Below are positions 1-10,600 of a DNA stretch of 64,000 bases, piece after piece (the first letter of the stretch is position 1; each line of letters begins with the position of its first letter). The notes beneath the pieces were generated by a model. It saw only the letters and a program-made list of their open reading frames with translations, was not told the DNA's origin and ran no database searches. Source of the DNA: Eledone cirrhosa (Eukaryota); contig OZ024742.1 of the NCBI GenBank assembly GCA_964016885.1, positions 85,312,001 to 85,376,000 on the forward strand, given 5' to 3'. The translations under genes and the position numbers were made by a program.

Positions 1-74
1 TTGTCCGACGAACGAATCAGGACGTTTCTTTCGTATTCGTCTTATTCGGGAAACCTCTGGTAATGAGGTAACTA
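1..74 (+). ncRNA. Type I hammerhead ribozyme motif (C4-variant core), likely the end of a Penelope-like element
   Basis: Core CCGACGA at 5-11. Stem II CGAATCAGGACG/CGTCTTATTCG. GAAA at 50-53. Stem III CCTC/GAGG. UA cleavage doublet at 69-70. Short stem I TTGT/ACTA, cut by the window edge. Followed by (TA)n. Confidence 0.6.
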
Positions 75-94
75 TATTGTATTGTTTATTATAC

Positions 95-96
<2 letters not shown>

Positions 97-148
<52 letters not shown>
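97..148. repeat. (TA)n microsatellite; further (TA)n runs separate every short element up to ~5.5 kb
   Basis: Seen directly. Other runs near 1085, 1353, 1998, 2392, 2826, 3185, 3998-4096, 5225 and 5469. Confidence 0.95.
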
Positions 149-152
<4 letters not shown>

Positions 153-639
153 TATTTAATACAATAACAGAGATAGCTTAAAGCTAAACTCCGACTGGTA
201 ACCACAAACATTAGGTTATATGTTAGTATAAACCCAATTTAAGTTTTTGGGGTGCTAACTATATGTATTTTGTGGAAAGCCAGTTGTATTATTTTATGAG
301 ATATAATTAAAGTTAAAATATATCTCTCTTTCCAAACAATTGTTTCATTATAAGTTTTCTACAAATTGGGAGAATGTTTCCAGTTTATGTAGAAGCCTAA
401 CATATATTCATGTAAGAATATATTTAGGTGGGTACTTATAAATCTTCAGTGGAAGTCCATTAAACTTTGATATAAGAAAAAATTCTCACCGCAGTTAAAA
501 GTCGTGTCTGCTAAGCTGCTCCTTCACGCATCAAATGACCGCCAAATTTGAAATTCCAGCAGTCATTTGACTGAGGAAGTATCATAGCGTCACTAAACGG
601 GAACGGGAGACAACCACGATTCACGAGAAAAGAAAATAA

Positions 640-1082
640 TATACACGTGGGTTAATTAGTTTTTTCAAAAACATTATCAATCCAACGTGTTAAGAACTCA
701 ATTGAAATTAAAAAAATAAATGTATGCGTGTATTAATTACACACGCATATAGATATTTTCTTAGGCTAAAAACAGAAGTGATACCCAAATAACAAGCCGC
801 ATCTCATAACTGTAGTAAATACGGAAAGTTACGCTTTAAAAGGCGATTGGGAATGTAAATCCATGGCCAAATTAGAGTAAAATATTTAATACACGCGGGT
901 TAATTAGTTATTTCAAAACGATTATCAATTCCACGTGTTAAGAACTCAATTACTTTTTAAAAATAAATGTATGCATGTAATTATTTACACACGCATATAT
1001 ATATTTTTTTAGGCTAAAAACAGAGAAGTGACAACCAAAAAACCTCCATATCTCATAACAGTAATAAATACGGAAAGTCAGT
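640..1082 (+). repeat. Diverged tandem direct repeat, ~250-bp period (640-832 and 889-1082), unclassified
   Basis: Shared blocks GGGTTAATTAGTT, ACGTGTTAAGAACTCAATT, TTAGGCTAAAAACAGA, ATCTCATAAC and TAAATACGGAAAGT occur in both units. Confidence 0.8.
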
Positions 1083-1097
1083 TTATATATATATATA

Positions 1098-1354
1098 TAG
1101 TTAAAAGAATAGAGGTGTAACACACAAGTTATTAAATATTGGTAAACGGAATAGAAAATGCTGCCCAGAGCAAACAACACGGACGCTCTATCTCAAAATT
1201 ATTTTTGAAAAGCATTTAGAAATGCGCAACCGGTAAAAACTTAAAACCAAAACTGAATACTTACCAATACAATCACTAATACTCTTTTATTCCTAATTAA
1301 ACTATTTTTCACCTGTGAACAATTTGTCAGCATTTTCTATTCCGTTTACCAATA
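1098..1354 (-). mobile_element. Internally deleted, inverted copy of the foldback element at 2409-2826
   Basis: 1098-1165 is the reverse complement of the tail and arm end at 2761-2826. 1172-1354 matches the arm at 2603-2787. Flanked by (TA)n. Confidence 0.8.
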
Positions 1355-1373
1355 TATATATATATATATATAT

Positions 1374-1997
1374 ATAGGAACGAGTAAGACACCGACGGCT
1401 GAGCTCAAGCCGTTTCGACGGCTAATTCTGGACTAAATGAAAATTTATCCCGGTATATAAATAGCCGAGCTTCTCAAGGGGTAATTCCATATATGGTCAA
1501 AGTGATTGTCACAAGGATTGGTCACAAGTTAGTAGTAATTCTGTGATGACAAATTAGTGGGGGAGAGAGTGGCTTAACCTGCCAGTAGGAGAAAAAGGAG
1601 GTGCTGGAGTAGACCCAATCATGCGTTGGTAGTGCCGGCTACAGCTGGGCATGAGGTCAAAGAAGATACTAGGGAGTGGGAGAGGGTGGTAGTCGAAACG
1701 GTAAGTACTGGCAGGGTTAGCCACCCTCTCCCCCACTAATTTGCCATCACAGAATTACTACTAACTTGTGACCAATCCTTGTGACAATCACTTTGACTAT
1801 ATATGGAATTACCCCTTGAGAAGCTCGGCTATTTATATACCGGGATAAATTTGCATTTAGTCCAGAATTAGCCGTCGAAACGGCTTGAGCTCAGCCGTCG
1901 GGGTCTTACTCGTTCCTATTACCCACTCTACTACCCTAAGTATTGAGTACTATGGTGCGTTTATGATCCACCTGGTTCCTTACCACATTTCCTTCGT
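1374..1997 (+). mobile_element. Penelope-like foldback element: ~214-bp inverted arms (1374-1587 / 1706-1919), a spacer and a ~78-bp one-sided tail
   Basis: Near-perfect inverted repeat. Each arm carries a hammerhead motif. (TA)n on both sides. Inverted partial pLTR plus tail is the known PLE insertion architecture. Confidence 0.75.
1811..1904 (+). ncRNA. Type I hammerhead ribozyme, U3-A8 variant (mirror copy on - strand at 1389-1482)
   Basis: Stem I ACCCC/GGGGT. Core TTGAGAA at 1816-1822. Stem II G..CGGCTA/TAGCCG.C. GAAA at 1877-1880. Stem III CGGCT/AGCCG. GUC cleavage triplet at 1897-1899. Confidence 0.75.
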
Positions 1998-2010
1998 TAT
2001 ATATATATAT

Positions 2011-2391
2011 AAAATAAAGTTAAATAAAAAGCCAAGTGATTAAAATTTAGCTTCGTTTATTACTGCTATATATATTTCAGTGACAGCCATCTTGGCTGTG
2101 ACCTCTTCAGGCAGTTTGAATTAGTATGGTATAGACAAGTACATAACGTCAACAACATATGCACTTGTCTATACCATACTAATTTAAACTGCCTGAAGAG
2201 GTCACAGTCAAAGATGGCTGTCACTGAAATATATATAGCAGTAATAAACGAAGCTAAATTTTAATCACTTGACTTTTTATTTAACTTTATTTTACACTAC
2301 TCCGGAGTAACCAAACCAACCTGCGCACCTCGTCTAGTGCTCCAGCCTGTATACTGAGGTGTTGGTATACAACCAACATAAACTCAAAATC
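2011..2391 (+). mobile_element. Penelope-like foldback element: ~135-bp inverted arms (2011-2145 / 2158-2293) and a ~98-bp tail
   Basis: Near-perfect inverted repeat with a canonical hammerhead in each arm. Flanked by (TA)n. Confidence 0.78.
2188..2242 (+). ncRNA. Canonical type I hammerhead ribozyme with palindromic minimal stem III (mirror copy on - strand at 2062-2115)
   Basis: Stem I ACTGC/GCAGT. CTGAAGA at 2193-2199. Stem II GGTCACAGTCA/TGGCTGTCACT. GAAA at 2226-2229. Palindromic ATATATAT followed by A2237, as in PLE minimal/dimeric hammerheads. Confidence 0.85.
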
Positions 2392-2408
2392 TATATATAT
2401 ATATATAT

Positions 2409-2826
2409 ATATTGGTAAACGGAATAGAAAATGCTGACAAATTGTTCACAGTGAAAAATAGTTTAATTATGAATAAATGAGAATTAGTAATTGTATTGGT
2501 TATTATTCAGTTTTGGTTTTAAGTTTTACCGGTTGCGCATTTCTAAATGCTTTTCAAACATAATTTTGAGATAGAGCGTCCGTGATATTTGCTCTGATCT
2601 GTAGCAAACATCACGGATGCTCTATCTCAAAATTATTTTTGAAAAGCATTTAGAAATGCGCAACCGGTAAAACTTAAAAACCAAAACTGAATACTAACCA
2701 ATACAATTACTAATTCTCATTTATTCCTAATTAAACTATTTTCCACTGTGAACAAATTGTCAGCATTTTCTATTCCGTTTACCAATAGATAATAACTTGT
2801 GTGTTACACCTCTATTCTTTTAACTA
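2409..2826 (+). mobile_element. Foldback element: ~185-bp inverted arms (2409-2593 / 2603-2787) and a ~40-bp tail; hammerhead-like motif in each arm
   Basis: Near-perfect palindrome from ATTGGTAAACGGAATAGAAAATGCTGAC to GTCAGCATTTTCTATTCCGTTTACCAAT. Second copy at 1098-1354. Flanked by (TA)n. Confidence 0.75.
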
Positions 2827-2839
2827 TATATATATATAT

Positions 2840-3179
2840 AATTCGTTTTTTAATCTGTTTTCCGAGATTTCTGATCTGAAAACGTGTGTTGCAACAGGTA
2901 TTGCAATATTTTGGGAGGTTCATGTTTCCAATAATAAACACATGCACCTGATGGTTTTCACTTCAATTTATTATAAATTTGTAGTTGACTGGTTGGTTAG
3001 TTCGAAAAGTATATAAAAGCCTGTTCACTGAGGAGATCATAGGATGTGTGACGAAAGAGCTTTCACAATATATAAAGAACCTTCCGGTTATCGAACCAAC
3101 CAACCGAAATTTATAATAAATTGAAGTGCAACCAATAGGTTCGCGTGTTTTTATTGCCAGCATGACCCTCCCAATGTAT

Positions 3180-3184
<5 letters not shown>
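2840..3184. mobile_element. Diverged foldback element (arms ~2909-3005 / 3091-3175) with a partial hammerhead motif in the spacer
   Basis: CACTTCAATTTATTATAAATTT pairs with AAATTTATAATAAATTGAAGTG, and TGGGAGGTTCATG with CATGACCCTCCCA. CTGAGGA...GAAAGAGCTTTC lies at ~3027-3064. Confidence 0.55.
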
Positions 3185-3217
<33 letters not shown>

Positions 3218-3219
3218 CT

Positions 3220-3782
3220 TATAAAATGAAGGAGAAAACAACCATCGGTAGTTTGCACTGTAGAATCCTGAGCTGTTTTGAAATGATTCCTATCAGAAGC
3301 TGATGTATATTTATCAGCACTTCAGAGCAGACGTCTTTAGAATTTATCTGAAGTTACACAACTTCTATTGCTGTATTTATTTTAAGTTGTGATAATATTA
3401 TATAGTCATGAATAGATCCTCAAAAAATATTATATCCTGTATTGGTTTAAACTCCATTTCCATAACATCCATACAACATAGTACAGTCAATTTCCGAGGT
3501 AAACGATGTATTTAAAACACCAAAAGATGGTGTTTCAAATAACATCTAATTAGAGAAATGTGTTAATTCAGCAGTTAAACAACATGTGGTTTGGAGATCA
3601 TGCGGATTCGGCGAATAACTCTCCCTTGACGACAGAACAAGTTGATCCAATATTGGTTTTTCCAATGATTTGAAATTATCAATATTGTTTCTTTGTTCCA
3701 GGGATCATTGTAGGGAGAGGATTATATGACTCAATTATTTTAGTCGATCTGAAATATGCCCCACCCCTAAACTGAGAGGATG

Positions 3783-3784
<2 letters not shown>
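3220..3784. repeat. Unclassified interspersed repeat; homologous fragments at 3912-3945 and 5484-5715
   Basis: ACTTCAGAGCAGACG..TTTAGAATT and ATGTATTTAAAACACCAAAA are shared with 5484-5715. TTATAAAA.GAAGG.GAAA is shared with ~3912. Confidence 0.55.
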
Positions 3785-3831
<47 letters not shown>

Positions 3832-3854
3832 CACACATACACACACACACACAC

Positions 3855-3890
<36 letters not shown>
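3785..3890. repeat. (CA)n microsatellite
   Basis: Seen directly. Confidence 0.95.
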
Positions 3891-3893
<3 letters not shown>

Positions 3894-3985
3894 CAGATAT
3901 GTATATATATAAATTATAAAAAGAAGGCGAAACTACCATTGGTGGAGTCCTAAGCTAGTTTGAACCGGTGGACATACGAAGCAAT

Positions 3986-4016
<31 letters not shown>

Positions 4017-4029
4017 CGTATATTGCTTC

Positions 4030-4081
<52 letters not shown>

Positions 4082-4096
4082 TGCTTCATATATATA

Positions 4097-5226
4097 TCTC
4101 CCCATAACGGCATTCCTGTCTTAACGACATCACAACTTTCTCCGCTTGGCCTGTCCCCCCCCCTTTTGGAACTTTCCCCCGTTGATGGGCGTGAGCCCGA
4201 AATATTGGGATTAAATCTCCACTACGGTAACCCTTCTACCTTTGTTTTGTTTTCATCTTTGTCTCTCTCAATTTTCATTTTCACCCGTTTTTCCTATCTA
4301 TCTTTCACTTCCTACCTCGAGATTTCCCTCTGCTTTGTTGTGGCTTTCTCAACTACGTATTTTACACATTTCACAATGCTTCAAGCAAACTTTAACACCC
4401 TCTTATCATTACACCTGAGCCAGGACTTGTTTGCACCCATAAGGGACCTATTCAGACTATCGGAGAATCGTGCCAAACTCGGTTGCCAAATTACCTTCTT
4501 AAAACGCTGCCTAAAGAACAACATCATTCCAACCACCATCAGGAATATACATCTACCCGAATGTTTACGATCACCATCCTTCGAAAACACCATCCGCCAC
4601 ATTCAACGCACGTTTATCAAGAAAATACTACGACACAACCACCACCAACTGCGACTCCATATACAAACGCTTTCCGAGCACATAAATCGTATAGCTCCAA
4701 CCCTCACCCCTGACCACCAGGTCCAGGAAATACAACATCCGCTCCCACAGACGGACCGACTACAACCACACCAGGGGCAACAGCTATACAACACCCTCCG
4801 CTACACCCCCCAACATCGATCTACCTACCAACGATGCTTCACACCTCGTTACCGACTTAACCGGTACCCTCACCAACGAACCCATTTGGTCAGTAGCTTT
4901 TGCCACAGCCTATCACGCGTACGCGCATTCTTTCCCTCGTTTAAATTTTAAATAATTTTCTCCCCATAACGGCATTCCTGTCTTAACGACATCACAACTT
5001 TCTCCGTTTGGCCTGTTCCCCCCCCTTTTGGAACTTTCCCCCGTTGATGGGTGTGAGCCCGAAATATTGGGATTAAATCTCCACTACGGTAACCCTTCTA
5101 CCTTTGTTTTGTTTTCATCTTTGTCTCTCTCAATTTTCACTTTCACCTGTTTTTCCTATCTATCTTTCACTTCCTACCTCGAGATTTCCCTCTGCATTGT
5201 TGTGGCTTTCTCAACTACGTATTTTA
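4097..5226 (+). mobile_element. Internally deleted Penelope-like element with two ~268-bp direct pseudo-LTRs (4097-4364, 4959-5226)
   Basis: Near-identical direct repeats flank an ORF whose start (ATG 4376) has the PLE N-terminal motif FLKRCLKNNIIP. No RT or GIY-YIG domain remains. Inserted in (TA)n. Confidence 0.75.
4376..4951 (+). pseudogene. N-terminal remnant of a Penelope-like ORF
   Basis: MLQANFN...ITFLKRCLKNNIIPTTI resembles the PLE N-terminal region. The frame loses similarity and ends just before the second pLTR. Confidence 0.6.
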
Positions 5227-6151
5227 TATATATATGAAAACAGGGAGAAAGAGACGATTATTAGGGAGACAAATATATTTTTTTCATTTTTTGTTTATCT
5301 CTCTTTTTTCTGGGTTAGAAAATGATTAAAACGAAAAGTTTTACTTTGCGTGAGATGTTAGGGTATTAGTTGATTTATTTATTATTTAACAATGGCATTT
5401 ATTTATATATTTATATATTTAATTATTGTCTATTACCGGTTTCAGCATTTTTATGCATTATCAAATGATATATATATATATATCAGGACTTCAGAGCAGA
5501 CGATTTTAGAATTCATCTTTTACACAACTTCAATAGTTATATTAAATTTAGTTGTGATAATAATATCATATTATGAATAGTTTCACGAAAATATTATATT
5601 CGGTATTGGTTTATATTCCATTCCTATAATATTCAGAAAGATAGTTACGTGAATCTCCGAAATTAACTATGTATTTAAAACACCAAAATATGGTCTTTCA
5701 AACAAAAATCTAATTAATCATCTCAAATGTTTTATAGTTTATTTTCTGCAGAAATCATTAAAATCTCTCATTAGGATAATTTCACCATTTCACATCCCAC
5801 TTTATCTTCCCCTCATTTTGTCACTAGCTTCTGATTGGCCTACAGTGAGCCGTTATGTTCATGTGATAATTGATTTATGGTCAATTTAGTTTCGATGAGA
5901 TTTCTTTTGTTTGTAGAGCTAAGGGGAAAACGTGGTGCTTGTCATATTTCGAATATTTTCTTTTTTTTAATTTCTTATAAATTAATGTCATAATTAATCT
6001 TTAGTTATTTGTGAAATTGATGGAGAAAACCATTTGCTTCCAATATTATGAAACACTACACGAAGAAAAATATAATCACTGATATAAATAATAATTATTA
6101 TTTTTATTTTCCCTGTTCTTTTGCCTTATGGTGTGTAATGTATTATCATTA

Positions 6152-6209
6152 TCAATAATAATAATTAATAATAATGATGATGATGATGATAATAATAATA
6201 ATAATGATG

Positions 6210-6260
<51 letters not shown>

Positions 6261-6279
6261 TAATAATATAATAATATAA
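6152..6279 (+). repeat. (AAT)n microsatellite with GAT variants; left end of the retroelement array
   Basis: Seen directly. Other spacers at 11146-11205, 14732-14761, 18700-18726, 21394-21444, 24168-24194, 43205-43241, 48281-48340, 54365-54388, 60398-60418 and 61415-61463. (ATT)n at 28972-28998, 33892-33978 and 36606-36620. Confidence 0.95.
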
Positions 6280-6444
6280 GGGAAGAAGACGCACGAGGTG
6301 ACGGAGGTCATGAAATCGCTCCCGTAAGTTTTGAATTTTTAACATATTTAAATCATTTGTGAAATAACAACTCTTAGTACAAATGCTACGTAAAGCACCC
6401 GGCTTGAGCCCCAAAAAATTCGGACCCAAAATATATTGTTATAA

Positions 6445-7107
6445 GGCTCAAATATTCAAATGTTCAACTTTGTATTGTACACTGTATATCCAAAAAAAAA
6501 ATGGCTATAAATGGAAGAAGAAGAACCCCCCCCCTCCTCTCCTCTGGCTACACTATATAGGACAGCTAAACTCACCAACACCAGAAACTAGATACACCGC
6601 CCACCCCATCATCTGTGTACACTAAACACAACAGCATTTTCACCTTCACCGCCACCGCTCACTACGGCCATCATTGCCACCGCTGTCCCATCACCGCCGC
6701 CACCACCCCCTGACTCCTTCACTGCTGCTGCCACCGCTACAGCACCATCACTACAGTAATACGGCTCAAATATTCAAATATTCAACTTTGTATTGTACAC
6801 TGTATATCCAAAAAAAAAAAAAAATAAATAAATAAAATAAAATGGCTATAAATGGAAGAAGAAGAACCCCCCCCCCCCCTCCTCTCCTCTGGCTACACTA
6901 TATAGGACAGCGAAACTCACCAACACCAGAAACTAGATACACCACCCACCCCATCATCTGTGTACACTGAACACAACAGCATTTTCACCTTCACCGCCAC
7001 CGCTCACTGCGGCCATCATTGCCACCGCTGTCCCATCACCGCCGCCACCACCCCCTGACTCCTTCACTGCTGCTGCCACCGCTACAGCACCATCACTACA
7101 GTAATAC
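6445..7107 (+). repeat. Tandem ~320-345-bp monomers in the R4 5' UTR (6445-6762, 6763-7107)
   Basis: Both units start GGCTCAAATATTCAAAT and end CAGTAATAC. The equivalent pair is at 33067-33388 / 33389-33712. Confidence 0.9.
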
Positions 7108-7678
7108 GGTCGCATCACCGCCACCGCTGCCTCGGTATCGACATCACCGCCACCACTGTCTCAGTATCGCCAACGCCGCTAGTCTCTGCTGGCTACCACT
7201 TCCACATTATAGAATTCCTACTACTAACAAAGAGGAAGGCATCAAAATATATAAATAGACTCAAAAGAAAAAAGAAAAAACAAACAACAAAAGCAGCACA
7301 GCAACAACAGTAAAAAACGAGAAAAACAGAGAAAGACAAAAACAAAAAAAGAAACCCCAAAAACGTAAAGAAAATAAGAATGAAGAGAGAAGCAGGCGGA
7401 CGGACAGAGAAGAGGGGGGGAAAAGTAAAACTTAAAAAACAAAAACTAAGTCGGACATTCGAATACTACATTACAATGAAACTTATGCTTATTCATTTTT
7501 GGGGCCCTTTCTGCCCGTGTGTTTGTTTGTTTATGTGTGTCCGTATACAGCGTGGTGATAATGCCACACAAGGGCCAAGTGGGATGGCGGATCCACAGAT
7601 GGCTATGTAAACATACATTCGCCAATCCTCGATAAGAGTGTTTAAATATCGAACATAAACAGTTCGAATAACGGTGAA

Positions 7679-10600
7679 ATGGAGACTAGAACGTCATGTG
7701 ACAGACTCTCACCCAACAGGTGCCCCCTGGCTCAGCAGCAGGAACCTGACTGTCAACGAAATACTGCTGATGTTGGAGGAAGAAGAAGAAGGAAAGGGGC
7801 CAGAACCAACTGGACGAAAGAATTGAATAGAACTGTTATGCAATGCTACCTGAAAAGTAACCCCAAGGAGAGGGGCTACAGGAGACGGATGCATAACATC
7901 TGGAACGAGATTGGTTTATTTAAATTAGATGAACAAAAATTGGCCGGGCAGGCTCGGGTAATAAGAACTAATGGGTGGATAAGCGAGCTGGAACTGGAGG
8001 AACTGAGCAGAGAGAATGGCTTGGAGATGGCGGGTGTAGTATGCCAGACAAGCGAGCCGGCGGGAAATGAAGGTGAGGAGGTCCTGAGAGCGAAGGAACC
8101 ACCCGAAGCAGACAATGATCTGAATACTGAGATAAATAATACCTGGAACAGAGATACGGCCACTGAGGAGATGAATGCTGACGGGCTAGGACAAGATTCG
8201 GTTGACATCCTAAATTTAGTGGTAGATGAGTTGAACAATGATAGTGGGAGACCTATGAACCTAAGATTTGTAGACAGGAAAAAGTTAAAAGAAACAACAG
8301 CTAAGGTAAACAAAGTCATCCCATACCTTGAGGCGAGGAGTCTTCACCAGTGCAACAATATCCTCAAAGCAACAGCAAATACGGTGAGGAAACTACTTGG
8401 TATAAAAGCGAGAGGAAACAACAGACAAGAAAGAGCAGAGCCGTGGTGGAAGAAGCGACTGAGTGGGCAAATCGGGGAAATGAGAAATGACATAGGAAAG
8501 CTTGAGTCACTACTGAATGGGACACTAAAAAACATAGGCACTAAAAATAGACTGGAAATAAAATACAAAACTAGGAGTAAAAAGCTAAATATTATCATAG
8601 AGGAATTGAAGCAACGCATTGTAGCAAAGAGTGCCAAAATCAGGCGATACGAGAACAGAGTCAGTCAGTATAAACAGAACCGCATGTTCGACAACAACCA
8701 GAAGATGCTGTTTGGACAGCTTGAGGGGAAAGAAAGAGGCACCGACTTGATCCCTGGGGCGGAACAAGCTAAAACATTCTGGAGAGGAATATGGGAGCAG
8801 GATGTTAGACACAATGCCCAGGCAGGGTGGATTGAGACAGTACAGAGGGAGATCGGTGAGCAGGCACAGCAACAGACTGATTTGAGTATCACAGTTGAAA
8901 CTCTTAAGGGGCAAGCCAAAAAACTAACCAACTGGAAATCACCAGGCCCAGATGGTGTGCAGGGGTATTGGATTAAACATTTAACATCCCTCCACCCGAA
9001 GCTGACGGCCATGTTCAATGACTGCTTGGTGTCGGGTGAGGTGCCAGAGTGGTTGACAAAAGGTACCACAGTTCTGATAATGAAAGACCAAATCAAGGGT
9101 AATGATGTCACCAACTATAGACCTATCACATGTCTGCCCGTAATGTGGAAACTGTTGACGAGCATTGTGTCTGAGGAAATCTACCATCACCTCCACACAA
9201 ACAACTTGTTGCCGGACGAACAGAAAGGATGCCGAAAGAAGTCACGTGGTACAAAGGACCAGTTGCTTATTGATAAGATGGTAATGGGGAATTGCAGGAG
9301 GAGACACACTGATCTTGCCATGGGATGGATAGACTACAGAAAGGCATTTGACATGGTGCCTCATTCCTGGATCACCAAAAGCCTGGAGATCTTCAGGGTG
9401 GCAGATAACATCAGACAGTTGCTGGGCAGGAGTATGGGGTCCTGGGAGACAGAGTTGACATCAACTGGAGTATCCTTGGGAAGCGTGAAGATCAAGAGAG
9501 GTATCTTCCAGGGAGATAGCCTGTCCCCTCTGTTGTTTGTCCTTGCCCTGATGCCCTTGACCATTATGCTGCGAAAAGTGAGAGCAGGATACAAGTTGGG
9601 AAGGGGAGAGCTTACCATCAATCACCTCCTCTTCATGGACGACCTTAAGCTCTTCGGGAAAAGTGAGAAGGAGTTGGATGTGCTTGTTGACACTGTCCGT
9701 ATTTTCAGCAGTGATATATGTATGCAGTTTGGTATTGGTAAATGTGGAGTCATTGTGATGAGGAGGGGTAGGTTGAGCAGAAGTAACGGGATCCAGATAC
9801 CAACAGGTGAGATGATAAAGGAAATTGACTCTGAGGAAGGATACAAGTATTTGGGCGTTCTGGAGGCTGATGGCATAAAGAACAAAAAAATGAAGGAATT
9901 GTTAAGAACTGAATACATTCGGAGAGTAAGGAGCGTATTGAAGTCACATCTGAACAGCAGAAATGCCATAAGCGCAGTAAATTCCCGAGCTGTGTCTATT
10001 ATTAGGTACAGTGCGGGAATTCTGAGATGGAATGTTGCTGAACAAAAAGAAATGGATAGGAAGACTAGGAAGCTATTGACTATCTACAACATGTTCCACA
10101 AGAGGAGTGATGTCGATAGACTCTACCTAAGGAGATCTGAGGGTGGAAGAGGTCTTATCAGCATAGAGGACTGTGTTCAGATGGAGAAAAACAACCTATA
10201 CAAATACGTGACCTATAGTAAGGAGCCAATGCTCAGAGCTGTACTGAAGGAGGGGACAGTAGGCCAGGGGATACCCAAGGAGGAAATAACATCAAGGAGG
10301 AAGAGCAGCCTTAAGGGAAAATCCCTTCATAGTACCTTCTTTGAGAAAACTGAATTTAGAGATCCACAGACATGGAACTGGTTGAGAAGAGGAGACCTCA
10401 AAAAGGCTACAGAAGGAATGCTAATGGCTGCGCAGGAGCAGGCCCTCAAAACGAAGTGGTTGAAGCACCATATCTACAAGGAGGAGGCTAGCCCACTGTG
10501 CAGGATCTGTGGAGAGAGAGAGGAGACTGTGGCTCACATTGTGTCCGAGTGTAAACACCTAGCCCAGACCCACTATAAGGGCTGGAGACACGATGTGATG

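Noticed and set aside
3022-3070. Hammerhead CTGAGGA...GAAAGAGCTTTC
   Set aside because: Core and stem II are present but stem I does not pair; at best a broken remnant.
3265-3330. Possible minus-strand hammerhead
   Set aside because: Both core segments are mutated (CTGATAG, AAAA); too degenerate to call.
3968-4375. N-terminal part of the 327-aa ORF and other YI/VC/poly-L ORFs
   Set aside because: Translations of (TA)n, (CA)n, (AAT)n and pLTR sequence.
7608-7681. HDV-like ribozyme upstream of the R4 ORF (TCCTCG loop, nested helices)
   Set aside because: No G at the putative cleavage site, no GG for P1.1, no clear P3, and the P1 5' strand is not conserved in the old copy; kept only as a pseudoknot candidate.
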